Part shown: piece after piece, positions 20,552 to 29,812 of the stretch
How the letters are laid out: the number at the start of each line of letters is the position of its first letter
Numbering within the stretch: the stretch's first letter is position 1
Assembly: GCA_051252135.1 (NCBI GenBank)
Contig: JBPOGH010000001.1
Location: 480,001 to 544,000 of the forward strand
From: Verrucomicrobiaceae bacterium
Lineage (GTDB): Bacteria > Verrucomicrobiota > Verrucomicrobiia > Verrucomicrobiales > Akkermansiaceae
Direction of reading: 5' to 3'
Length of the DNA stretch: 64,000 bases
Notes under the pieces: model-generated
What the model saw: the letters and a program-made list of their open reading frames with translations, nothing else
The model's database searches: none
What the model was told of the DNA's origin: nothing
Position numbers and translations under genes: made by a program

Positions 20552-22294
20552 ATGGTAACAGCACTCCAAATCCTCGGCGCCCTCGGAATCTTTCTCTTCG
20601 GAATGAAGGTCATGTCCGAGGGTGTTCAAAAGTTTGCCGGCGCGCGCATGCGGGCCGCCCTCGCATCCATCACCGGAAACCGCTTCAAGGGCGTCCTCAC
20701 CGGTGTCTTCACCACCGGACTCGTCCAGTCCTCCTCCGCCACCACCGTATTGGTCGTCTCTTTCGTCAACGTTGGCCTCTTGACCCTGGTCGAATCGATC
20801 GGCGTCATCATGGGCGCCAACCTTGGCACCACCCTTACAGCTTGGATCGTCGCCACCATCGGTAAATTCAGTGTCGCCAAGATCGCCATCCCCATCATTG
20901 GCCTCGGATTCCCCGTCTTCTTTATCGGCAAAGGTCGCGCCAAGGCCTTCGGTGAATTCATGGTCGGCTTCGGACTCCTCTTCCTCGGCCTCGGTGAACT
21001 CAAAGATGCCGTCCCTGACCTCAGCGGTGCGCTTAAGGATGGTGACCAAGCCACCGCCAACTCCATGCAATACTGGATCGGTCTCCTTGGAAACAAAGGC
21101 TACCTCTCTTATGTCCTCTTCATGATCGCCGGGGTCATCCTCACCCTCATCGTTCAATCCTCCTCCGCAGCCATGGCCATCACCATCACCTGCGCCATCA
21201 ACGGTTGGTTCGGAACCAACGAGATGGAGGTCTTCAAGATCTCAGCCGCCATCGTTCTCGGTGAAAACATCGGCACCACCGTGACCGCCTGGCTCGCCTC
21301 CCTCGGAGCAACCACCGATGCCAAACGGGCTGCTCGAGCGCACTTCACCTTCAACGTCGTCGGGGTCATTTGGATGCTCATCCTCTTTGTCCCCTTCACC
21401 GCCATGGTCTGGAACATTGCCCAGCACCTCCCGGAGAGCATGAAGTCCGCGAAGAAAGAATGGGGCGCCAGTGAAATCGCCTTCGCCACCGCCATCTTCC
21501 ACACCTCCTTCAACCTCCTGAACATCCTGATGCTCGTATGGTTTGTTCCCCAAATCGCCAACCTCGTCCAAAAATGGGTCCCCGATAAAAAGGAAACCGC
21601 CTCACCGCGTAACACCAACCGCCTCCGATACATCTCCCAAAAATTTGTCGACCTCGGCGAACTGAATATCGTGGAAGCTGAAGGCGCCATCCGCAAGATG
21701 TCCAAACACACCCACGAGATGTACAAAGGGTTTATCGACGCTTTCGACAACCCCACTACAGACCTCTCCTCCGAGATTTCACGACTGAAGAAGATGGAGG
21801 ATGAGGCCGACCTCATGATGCAGGACATCACCGAGTATCTCGTCCAGTGCGCCGCCCGCGATGTCACCCCGGAACACGCCGGAAACATCGCAGCCATGAT
21901 CCTCATCGTTTCCGAACTGGAAGAATGCACCGACTGCATCTACCGCCTCGTGAAGCTCATCGAGCGCAAATACAACAAGGGCCACCAGTTCACCGACCAT
22001 CAGGCCAAGCGCTTCCATGAAATCTCTGATGTCGTGGGTCAGGCCCTCGGTGCTGTTGATAACTACCTCCTTCAGCCCGTTCCGGCCGACGTGATCTCCT
22101 CCGTGAAGAGCCTCGAGGATCAAACCGACAACATGCGCAAGTCCTTCAACAAGGAAGCCATCAAGCGCATGGCTGAAGGCGATATCCGCGTCGAGATGCT
22201 CTACACCGACATCAACAACCAACTTGAGGCCATGGCCAACCACGCCCTCAAGATCATGGAAGCGAGTAACACCGCCAGCATCCGGAGAAACTAA
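20552..22294 (+). CDS. Na+/Pi cotransporter (NptA/YjbB family) with C-terminal PhoU-like domain
   Basis: Two VQSSSA repeats, GANLGTT/GENIGTT, soluble helical C-terminus. Confidence 0.92.
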   Translation: MVTALQILGALGIFLFGMKVMSEGVQKFAGARMRAALASITGNRFKGVLTGVFTTGLVQSSSATTVLVVSFVNVGLLTLVESIGVIMGANLGTTLTAWIVATIGKFSVAKIAIPIIGLGFPVFFIGKGRAKAFGEFMVGFGLLFLGLGELKDAVPDLSGALKDGDQATANSMQYWIGLLGNKGYLSYVLFMIAGVILTLIVQSSSAAMAITITCAINGWFGTNEMEVFKISAAIVLGENIGTTVTAWLASLGATTDAKRAARAHFTFNVVGVIWMLILFVPFTAMVWNIAQHLPESMKSAKKEWGASEIAFATAIFHTSFNLLNILMLVWFVPQIANLVQKWVPDKKETASPRNTNRLRYISQKFVDLGELNIVEAEGAIRKMSKHTHEMYKGFIDAFDNPTTDLSSEISRLKKMEDEADLMMQDITEYLVQCAARDVTPEHAGNIAAMILIVSELEECTDCIYRLVKLIERKYNKGHQFTDHQAKRFHEISDVVGQALGAVDNYLLQPVPADVISSVKSLEDQTDNMRKSFNKEAIKRMAEGDIRVEMLYTDINNQLEAMANHALKIMEASNTASIRRN

Positions 22295-22315
22295 GCTCCC
22301 TGCTCCCTTTCTTTC

Positions 22316-22347
22316 AAACGGTCCTGATTCGTCAGGACCGTTTTTTT
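22316..22347 (+). terminator. Intrinsic terminator
   Basis: AAACGGTCCTGA-TTCG-TCAGGACCGTTT with T run. Confidence 0.85.
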
Positions 22348-22362
22348 ATGCTCACTTCTCTC

Positions 22363-22548
22363 ATGCTCCTTCAATTCCTCGTCGCCCTTGGCCTCCTCTC
22401 TCTGGCCCTGGGAGCCATCCTCGGACTTGCCGGAATCTGGGCCTTTCTCAAATATCGCAAAAATGGCGCCCTCTTCCTGGGCACCACCCTCGTCATCACC
22501 GGAGTCATCGTCCTCTCCATTGCCCATCATTTGAGCGCTGCAGTTTAA
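22363..22548 (+). CDS. Small two-TM membrane protein
   Basis: Two hydrophobic helices separated by KYRKN; C-ending codons match neighbours. Start 22348 or 22363. Confidence 0.6.
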   Translation: MLLQFLVALGLLSLALGAILGLAGIWAFLKYRKNGALFLGTTLVITGVIVLSIAHHLSAAV

Positions 22549-22597
22549 TCTTATTTGTGCATTTGAAAGAAACTCGCGAACGCTGTAGGATTCTTCC

Positions 22598-24037
22598 GTG
22601 CCAAGAACCTACAACCCTTCGCCAAGAACTTATCTTGATAACGACTTTCTTCTCCTGAGCGAGACCGCTTGCGAACTCTACCACGAGACCGCCAAGCACC
22701 TTCCCATCATCGACTACCACACCCACCTCCCCCCCGAGGAGGTCGCAAACGATAAACGCTGGGAAAACATCACCGAAATCTGGCTCGGGCACGACCACTA
22801 TAAATGGCGGGCCATGCGCGCCAACGGCATCCCCGAATCCCACATCACCGGAGACGCCTCCCCCCGCGAAAAATTCCAGGCCTGGGCCGAAACCGTCCCC
22901 AACACCCTCCGCAATCCACTCTACGATTGGACCCACCTCGAACTCCGCCGTTGCTTCGGCATCGATACCCTCCTCTCGCCGGATACCGCCGAAGAAATCT
23001 GGAACGAGGCCAACGAACGCCTCAAGGAGAAAGACTTCTCCGCCCGCGAACTCATGCGTCGCTTCCGTGTCGATGCCGTCGGCACCACCGACGACCCCAC
23101 CGATGACCTCTACCATCACGAAGCCGCCAATGCTTCGGACTGCCCCACCAAGATCTACCCCACCTACCGGCCCGACAAGGCGTTCTTCGTCGACCGGCCC
23201 GACCTTCTCAATCCTTGGTTGGACAAGCTGGCCCCGGGAATTGAAACCTTCGGTGACCTCCTCACCGCCCTCAAGGGACGCCACGACTACTTCCACGAAA
23301 AAGGGTGCCGCCTCACCGATCACGGCATGCGCTACGCCCTCGCCCACCCCTGCTCGCAGGACGAGGCCGACCGCATCCTCGCCAACGCCCGCCAAGGCAC
23401 TGCCGCCAGCCATCTTGAGACCGATGCCTTCGGCGCACTCATCATGATCCATGTCGGCCAATGGACTGCCGAAAAAGACTGGACCATGCAGCTCCACCTC
23501 GGCCCCAAGCGCAATCCCAACTCCCGACTCTTCGCCCAACTCGGACCCGATTCCGGCTTCGACACCATCGGTGACTGGCCTCAGGGAGAAGCCGTCCTCA
23601 CCTTCCTTGATGCCCTTGCCTCAAAGAACTCTCTTCCCAAAACCATCATCTACAACCTCAACCCGCGCGACAACGCCGTCCTCGCCGCCGCCTGCGGCTC
23701 CTTCCAGGAAGCTCCCATGCGCGGCAAGGTCCAATTCGGGTCCGGGTGGTGGTTCAATGACACCCTCAAGGGAATGCAGGACCAAATCGACACCCTCTCC
23801 TCCATCGGTCTTCTCCCGCACTTTGTCGGAATGCTCACCGATTCGCGCTCCTTCCTCTCCTTCCCTCGCCACGAATATTTCCGCCGCCTGCTCTGCAACA
23901 TCATCGGTCAGGATATCGAAGACGGCAAACTCCCCTACGACCGTCAGCTCATCCACAACCTCGTCGGCAACATCTGCTACCACAATGCCAGAGCCTATTT
24001 CGGTCTCCCGCACCACAGCGAAAACCTACTCGCCTAG
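22598..24037 (+). CDS. uxaC: Glucuronate isomerase
   Basis: PIIDYHTHL, DHYKWRAMRANG, NPLYDWTHLEL, GWWFND, GMLTDSRSFLS.PRHEYFRR. Confidence 0.96.
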   Translation: MPRTYNPSPRTYLDNDFLLLSETACELYHETAKHLPIIDYHTHLPPEEVANDKRWENITEIWLGHDHYKWRAMRANGIPESHITGDASPREKFQAWAETVPNTLRNPLYDWTHLELRRCFGIDTLLSPDTAEEIWNEANERLKEKDFSARELMRRFRVDAVGTTDDPTDDLYHHEAANASDCPTKIYPTYRPDKAFFVDRPDLLNPWLDKLAPGIETFGDLLTALKGRHDYFHEKGCRLTDHGMRYALAHPCSQDEADRILANARQGTAASHLETDAFGALIMIHVGQWTAEKDWTMQLHLGPKRNPNSRLFAQLGPDSGFDTIGDWPQGEAVLTFLDALASKNSLPKTIIYNLNPRDNAVLAAACGSFQEAPMRGKVQFGSGWWFNDTLKGMQDQIDTLSSIGLLPHFVGMLTDSRSFLSFPRHEYFRRLLCNIIGQDIEDGKLPYDRQLIHNLVGNICYHNARAYFGLPHHSENLLA

Positions 24038-24430
24038 CACAAAATCCCTCATCACCTCCGGTATCCGCCGTGGACGTCCTGAGCTGACATCCACATAAAC
24101 CCATTCGGTCTCGCCCCGGGCCACCAGTTCCTCGTTACGATAAAATTCGTACCTCCTCAGGCTCTTCACCCGCTCCGCCCCCGCGATCCAGGTTCTCGCG
24201 ACCACCTCGTCCCCCTCAAACACCGGACGCAGGTATTCGATCCCGTGCCTCCGCGCAAACCACGTCGTCCCATTCTCCTCCATCAGAGCATCAATCTGCC
24301 AGGTCGATGCATGCGATACGGCCACCCGCTGCATCCACTCCACATAAGCCACATTATTCACGTGCCCGTTCCCGTCGATCACCGAGCTATCAACCCGGAT
24401 CGCCAATTCGTGAATTCTCCCCTCCATCAT
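24026..24430 (-). CDS. Acyl-CoA thioesterase (hot-dog fold)
   Basis: IDGNGHVNNVAY, IEYLRP, GRPRRIP. Confidence 0.88.
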   Translation of the reverse strand: MMEGRIHELAIRVDSSVIDGNGHVNNVAYVEWMQRVAVSHASTWQIDALMEENGTTWFARRHGIEYLRPVFEGDEVVARTWIAGAERVKSLRRYEFYRNEELVARGETEWVYVDVSSGRPRRIPEVMRDFVLGE

Positions 24431-25329
24431 TGCCCCTTCCCTACAGTGTGATCTCTCAAAAGCCCATTCTCCCGGGCCAAATGCTTTTCAAAAAATGCAC
24501 CCACCACCTTCTCAACCGACGGCCCAAACCCCGCTCCGTGACCACCTCCCTTCACCGTGAGTAACACACAATCGCAGCCCGCTTTCTCATAGGCCGCATC
24601 CAGATCAACCGACTGCTGATACGGCACCAAACGGTCTTCCGTCCCATGCACCACCAACATCGGCGGGTCACCAGGACCCACCTGATAAAGCGGTGACGCC
24701 GCCTTCGCCTTCTCCAGATTCTCTGAAATCTTCCCGCCCACCAATCTTCCCTCCGGAGAATCGGCAGCACTGTGATTCATCGCACTCCCTTGCTCATCCA
24801 TCATCACCAAATCAGCAGGCCCGAAAAAATTCACCACCGCCTTGACCTTCGATGACTCCTCCCGATACGGCCCCACCACACCTTCATAGGCCGCCTCTCC
24901 ATTCGTCACTCCCAGCATCGCCGCCAAATGCCCTCCCGCCGATGATCCCCACACCAAAATCCGCTCCGGATCGAGCCCGTATTTATCAGCATTGGCCCGC
25001 ACAAACCTCACCGCCGCCTTGCAATCATGAATCTGCGCCGGCCATTGCGCCTCGTCAGTCAGCCGATACCCCACCGACACCACCGCTGCCATTTTCAGCT
25101 GAGCCAGCTTCTTCGACATTCCCGCATTCTCCTTACTTCCCTGCCGCCATGCCCCTCCATGAATCCACAACACCACCGGCATCGGCTTCTCCATCCCCTC
25201 GGGCAGATAAACATCCACCATCTGCCGCGGATTCTCGTTTCCCGCGTAATTGAGATCAGCCACTTTCCGAACCCCCTGACCGGAGACCGGAAGAATCAAA
25301 AATACAAAAACAAACAGTCGAAAAAGCAT
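24427..25329 (-). CDS. Exported alpha/beta hydrolase (esterase/lipase)
   Basis: HGGAW, GSSAGGHL, HGTED.LVP, GGGHG. Confidence 0.88.
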   Translation of the reverse strand: MLFRLFVFVFLILPVSGQGVRKVADLNYAGNENPRQMVDVYLPEGMEKPMPVVLWIHGGAWRQGSKENAGMSKKLAQLKMAAVVSVGYRLTDEAQWPAQIHDCKAAVRFVRANADKYGLDPERILVWGSSAGGHLAAMLGVTNGEAAYEGVVGPYREESSKVKAVVNFFGPADLVMMDEQGSAMNHSAADSPEGRLVGGKISENLEKAKAASPLYQVGPGDPPMLVVHGTEDRLVPYQQSVDLDAAYEKAGCDCVLLTVKGGGHGAGFGPSVEKVVGAFFEKHLARENGLLRDHTVGKGQ

Positions 25330-25374
25330 ATCCGATCCTCGCAGCTTCTCCCACCTTTGCAAATCACAAGCACC

Positions 25375-26160
25375 CTACCGGATCCGATCCGCCAGCGCCT
25401 TCACCACCGGCATCATCCGGAGCAGCCGTTCCGCCTGCTGACTCTCTTTCATCGGCCCCTTTTCACTGAGCCTGACTACCGCGTTCTGACCCACCGGAGG
25501 CACAACCTCAATATTCTCGGCCCAAGCGGGACGGGCCAATAACTCTTGAACGTGAACTTCGCCCGAAACCAACCCCCACTTCGCAAAGGGCCCGCCTCCC
25601 AACAGATCGATTCGCCCCCCAAATATCTCTCCATCCTGACGCACCACTTCCCACAAATCGTTCCCAATCACGGGAGGATAAAAGACCAGCCGAAGATGGT
25701 TCTCTGAACCCGCAGTCACCAAATACTCCGCCAACCCCAGCGAGAAGGCCACCGGCGTGCCGCCCTCCCCATACGGAACCGTAATGAGAACCACTTTCTT
25801 CTTCTCAATCTCCCCCATATCGACCCACAAGGTTTTCCAGAGCAATCCCTCCGCACGGGTTTCCACACTCCGGGAAACCTCGAAGCCCATGTTCATCGGC
25901 CCAAGCGTTCCCTCAATCATCGAGGCCGACTGCTTCAGCGCCTTGCGTCCTTCCGGAGTTTCCAGATTCCTCTTTCCAACCAGCCGATTCAGCTTCGAAA
26001 GATAATCGCGGAGCTCCGATGTCGTCACCTGCCCCTCCAATGGCTGCGATTTCGGTTTCTCTTCGGTTGCTCCGAGATAAAGCGCCACCATGATTGAAAC
26101 AATCAGCAGCGCAAAAATCGCAAACAACGCGATCCCAAACTTTGGTTTCGGTTCAGTCAT
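25375..26160 (-). CDS. Membrane-anchored hypothetical protein with degenerate M28-peptidase-like features
   Basis: N-terminal TM helix; IEGTLGP.NMG; metal-ligand motifs not visible. Confidence 0.55.
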   Translation of the reverse strand: MTEPKPKFGIALFAIFALLIVSIMVALYLGATEEKPKSQPLEGQVTTSELRDYLSKLNRLVGKRNLETPEGRKALKQSASMIEGTLGPMNMGFEVSRSVETRAEGLLWKTLWVDMGEIEKKKVVLITVPYGEGGTPVAFSLGLAEYLVTAGSENHLRLVFYPPVIGNDLWEVVRQDGEIFGGRIDLLGGGPFAKWGLVSGEVHVQELLARPAWAENIEVVPPVGQNAVVRLSEKGPMKESQQAERLLRMMPVVKALADRIR

Positions 26161-27290
26161 GACGATGGAAAAAGTTGTGCAATGGCATCAGCCGCCCGTT
26201 GGTGCGTTCCCGGCTCACCCAGACGTGAGGCCGCCTCTTCCAATGATCTCCCGTGTTCCAGTCTGGCCTCCGTGTTTTGAAGCATCCCTCCAAGCCAATG
26301 GGCCGCTTCGTAGGCATTGGCGTCATTTTGAATAAACTCCGGAACCAACTCCCTTCCCGCCAAAATATTGATCAAACCAATATAGGGGAGATTCACCAAC
26401 TGGCGGGCCATCAAATACGTCGGCCAGGCCACCCGATAAACCAGACAGTAGGGCATCCCGTAATAAGCCGCCTCCAGAGTCGCCGTCCCACTGGCCACCA
26501 CGCCACAACCCACCTGCTGCATCAGCTCATGGCTTCCTCCCGATCGGATCGACACCAGGCCGGATGGGAGCCCGCTCGCTTCCAATGCAGCCCGCATCAC
26601 ACGCTCCACCTTGGCACTCGCCGCGGCAGCCTCAAATCGCACCTCCGGCTCCCTCGTATGCAACAAGCCCACAGACTCCAGCATCATCGGAAACAACCGG
26701 CTCACCTCCTTGCTCCGGCTCCCCGGGAAAAGCCCGACCAATTTCGCATCCCGCACGTGATCCCCCCGACTCTCCTCCAACTCATCCACCAAAGGATGAC
26801 CCACCCACTCGGTTTTGAGGCCCGCATCCTCAAACAGCTCAACCTCAAAAGGAAACAAGCACAGCATCAGATCGTGGGATTTTGCAATCTGCGGAATTCG
26901 CTTCTTGTTCCAGGCCCAAACCTGCGGAGCCACATAGTGCACGATCTTGGTATCGGGCGAGCGCTCCTTCACCTGCTTGGCCAGCCGTAAATTAAAACCG
27001 GGGTAATCAATCAGCAAAAGAATCTCCGGCTTCCATTCGACAACCGCCGCCACCACCTCATCAAATCGCTTTTTGAACCATCCATAACGGCGCAACACCT
27101 CCCAAACACCCACCACCGCCGCATCGTCAATCCAGTCTGACACCGCCTCACCGCCCGATTCCCGCATCCGCGGCCCTCCAAGCCCCCGGAATTCCACCCC
27201 CTCATTCTCTCTCTTTAGGACGTCCATTAACTCAGACCCGTGGGTATCTCCACTCACTTCTCCGGCCAGAACATAGATGCGACGTTTCAT
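26157..27290 (-). CDS. lpxB: Lipid-A-disaccharide synthase
   Basis: LAGEVSGD, IDYPGFN, YVAPQVWAW, VGHPL, FPGSR, SGTATLE. Confidence 0.95.
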   Translation of the reverse strand: MKRRIYVLAGEVSGDTHGSELMDVLKRENEGVEFRGLGGPRMRESGGEAVSDWIDDAAVVGVWEVLRRYGWFKKRFDEVVAAVVEWKPEILLLIDYPGFNLRLAKQVKERSPDTKIVHYVAPQVWAWNKKRIPQIAKSHDLMLCLFPFEVELFEDAGLKTEWVGHPLVDELEESRGDHVRDAKLVGLFPGSRSKEVSRLFPMMLESVGLLHTREPEVRFEAAAASAKVERVMRAALEASGLPSGLVSIRSGGSHELMQQVGCGVVASGTATLEAAYYGMPYCLVYRVAWPTYLMARQLVNLPYIGLINILAGRELVPEFIQNDANAYEAAHWLGGMLQNTEARLEHGRSLEEAASRLGEPGTHQRAADAIAQLFPSS

Positions 27291-27424
27291 GTGCGGGCGC
27301 ACCCTACGCCCTTCCCCCCATTTTCCAAAACCCAAATCATCCGCAAATTCCCGCGACAAACCACTGACAAGGGCTTGCTTCCAACGAGACAAACCCTTAT
27401 TTCCTCCCCCAGCAAAAAATTTCC

Positions 27425-28216
27425 ATGTCAGAAAAGGAAGATCCCCAAAACAACCAAGCCCCAAGCCCGATCGGCGAAATCGAACACGGTCCCTCGGGAC
27501 TTGAGGCTTTTCTCGATGCCAATCAGAAAAAACTGATGGTCTTCGGCAGCCTTCTCATCATTGCCGTCGTCGCCTACGTTATTATTACCGGGGTTCAGCG
27601 CAAGAATCGCGAAACCGCCGCTGCGGAAATTAGCGCCGCCAACGACCTCCCCTCCCTTCGCGCTGCCTACGAAAAACACAAGGACACTCCTGCCGGAGCC
27701 ACCGCCCTCGTGACCATCGCCGAAAAGCAATGGGCCGACCAACGCCAACAGGAAGCGATTGAATCCCTCGAAACCGCCCTTTCCGAATACCCTGATCACC
27801 CCCTTGCCAGCAGCATTCAGCTTCGTCTCGGAACCTACCACCGCGATCTTGGCAATCTTGAAGAAGCCACCTCGTACTTCCAGGCCGCAGCAGATGCCGA
27901 CACCGCAGTAAGCTCTCCGGCTCTCGTGGCTCTCGGAGATCTTGCCCTGCGCGCCGGCAGAAACGACGAAGCCAACGCGTTCTACCAAAAAGTGGGCGAC
28001 CAATACGGAGAACGCCACCTCAACTTCAGAAGTCTCGCCGATTCCCACAAAAAACTCGTCGGCGTCGCCGCTCCAAAGGAAGTAACCCCGGCACCCAAGC
28101 CCGAAGAAGCCGTGTCCGACCCCTTGAAACTCCCCGAACTTCCCCCTCTTCCCCCCATTCCAAATTCTCCCAAGCCCATCGAGCCCCCAACTCCCGATAC
28201 CTCCGCCGAAGATTAA
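27425..28216 (+). CDS. Membrane-anchored TPR protein (YfgM-like)
   Basis: Single TM helix, TPR-like helices, Pro-rich tail. Confidence 0.7.
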   Translation: MSEKEDPQNNQAPSPIGEIEHGPSGLEAFLDANQKKLMVFGSLLIIAVVAYVIITGVQRKNRETAAAEISAANDLPSLRAAYEKHKDTPAGATALVTIAEKQWADQRQQEAIESLETALSEYPDHPLASSIQLRLGTYHRDLGNLEEATSYFQAAADADTAVSSPALVALGDLALRAGRNDEANAFYQKVGDQYGERHLNFRSLADSHKKLVGVAAPKEVTPAPKPEEAVSDPLKLPELPPLPPIPNSPKPIEPPTPDTSAED

Positions 28217-28293
28217 TTTTAAAAAATCCTGTATTTCATCCTTCCAAAACCAGTCTTTTTTGACACTCTTACAACAACAACCCTATTCAATCC

Positions 28294-28848
28294 GTGTTCG
28301 AGAAAATTATTAGCAAAAATCCCGAAGATTCCAACCAAGGCCGACAGGCCCCATCTTCGGCCCCCTCCGCCCCGTCTTCACCTGCAACACGGGAAAGCGC
28401 CCCTTCTTCATCTCCTGCCTCGGCTCCGGCCTCTAAGGCACCAGCAGGCGGCCAGCGCAACATTCTCAGCAATGACGTTTCCATCGTTGGTTCCGTCCGA
28501 TTCACCAATGACCTCCTTGTAGATGGTAAAATTGACGGCGAAATCAGCTCCGAGGGTTCCCTCACCGTCGCTGAAAACGCCATCATCAAAGCCGAGATCA
28601 AAACCAAATCGGTAGTCATCTACGGAAAAGTTCACGGCAACATTGTCGCCAGTGATCGCATTGAAATCAAAGACGGAGCCGAAATGATCGGTGACGTCAA
28701 AGCAGCAACCCTCTCCATCGAGCCAGGTGCCATCTTCGTCGGTAAGTCCGAGGTCGGAACTCCTTCCGTTCAACCTCAGAAATCGAACACCTCGGCACCC
28801 CAAGGCAACGTCAAGAAGAGCGAGGGCCAAAAGGCAGGTGCAGCCTAA
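28294..28848 (+). CDS. Bactofilin (polymer-forming cytoskeletal protein)
   Basis: DVSIVGSVRF..DLLVDGKIDGEI...VIYGKVHGNI...IEPGAIFVG beta-helix with Ser/Pro/Ala-rich termini. Confidence 0.92.
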   Translation: MFEKIISKNPEDSNQGRQAPSSAPSAPSSPATRESAPSSSPASAPASKAPAGGQRNILSNDVSIVGSVRFTNDLLVDGKIDGEISSEGSLTVAENAIIKAEIKTKSVVIYGKVHGNIVASDRIEIKDGAEMIGDVKAATLSIEPGAIFVGKSEVGTPSVQPQKSNTSAPQGNVKKSEGQKAGAA

Positions 28849-28879
28849 TCTGCCCATAACCTTCTGAAGTCTCAAAGCC

Positions 28880-29764
28880 CTGGCCTTTCGATTCTTCAAA
28901 CCGGAGCAGAAAGGACCTCACGAGGTCATCTGCCCCGAGTGTGCAAACCGTCAAGTGGAACCTCCGCTGGCGGTTTCTACGTATTGCCGTGAATGCAGCG
29001 CACACTTCAAAATAGAGAACGGCAAGGCCGTCTCTCACAACAAGAAGGAAGTCTACAACCCCTTCGCCAACCGCCCTACCCCGGTTCAAAAAAACTCCGA
29101 AGTCGTCGAGGAAACCAAAAAGGATTCCACCTCTGACTCAGCCCCCCCGCAAGCCGCAGCCCCTCCCTCTTTCTTCAAGCCCAAGAAAAAAGCCATCACG
29201 GCGGATGACACACGGACTTCAGGTCTCTTCGGACGCACCAAAAGGCAACCCCGTAAGATTCGCTGCTTCGACTGTAAGGCCGAGCACACCATCTCTCCGA
29301 ACTCCACCTCCGCGCTCTGTCCGAAATGCGGCTCATACATCAGCCTCAAGGACTACGAAATCCGGGAACGATGGAATCGCCGGATCCAAACCCGGGGAGA
29401 CGTCTTCATTCATAAAAAAGGAGTCGTCGCCGGCACCACCATTCAATGCCACCACCTCACCGTCGAAGGCGACTTCACCGGCGGAGTCGAATGCTCGGGA
29501 GATTTGGTCATTCGTCGCAATGGCAAAATCATGGGAAAGGTTGTCTGCCGAAGACTGATCGTCGAAAAACGGGCCACCCTCGAATTCCTCAACTCCGTGG
29601 AAACCGAAGAATGCTCCCTGGATGGCGTCGTCACGGGGAACATCGCCTGCTCCGGCCTCCTCAGACTCGAGAAAAAGGCACTGCTCAATGGCAACGTCCG
29701 GGTTGGCCGCCTCGCCATCGAAGAAGGAGCCCGGCACCACGGCCAAATCCAAATGGGCGGTTAG
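28880..29764 (+). CDS. Bactofilin with two Zn-ribbon motifs
   Basis: CPEC..CREC and CFDC..CPKC followed by a bactofilin beta-helix (IEEGARHHG). The frame is open from 28868; proposed CTG start at 28880. Confidence 0.8.
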   Translation: MAFRFFKPEQKGPHEVICPECANRQVEPPLAVSTYCRECSAHFKIENGKAVSHNKKEVYNPFANRPTPVQKNSEVVEETKKDSTSDSAPPQAAAPPSFFKPKKKAITADDTRTSGLFGRTKRQPRKIRCFDCKAEHTISPNSTSALCPKCGSYISLKDYEIRERWNRRIQTRGDVFIHKKGVVAGTTIQCHHLTVEGDFTGGVECSGDLVIRRNGKIMGKVVCRRLIVEKRATLEFLNSVETEECSLDGVVTGNIACSGLLRLEKKALLNGNVRVGRLAIEEGARHHGQIQMGG

Positions 29765-29812
29765 ACCACGGAAAAGACTGGCGTTTCGAGAGACATTTCG
29801 GGAACCTCCCCC

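Noticed and set aside
27291..27464. Long N-terminal extensions in the ORF track (lpxB, aminotransferase, rpmG, iscA, sigma factor)
   Set aside because: They cross promoter regions or neighbouring genes; family-typical N-termini begin at downstream ATGs.
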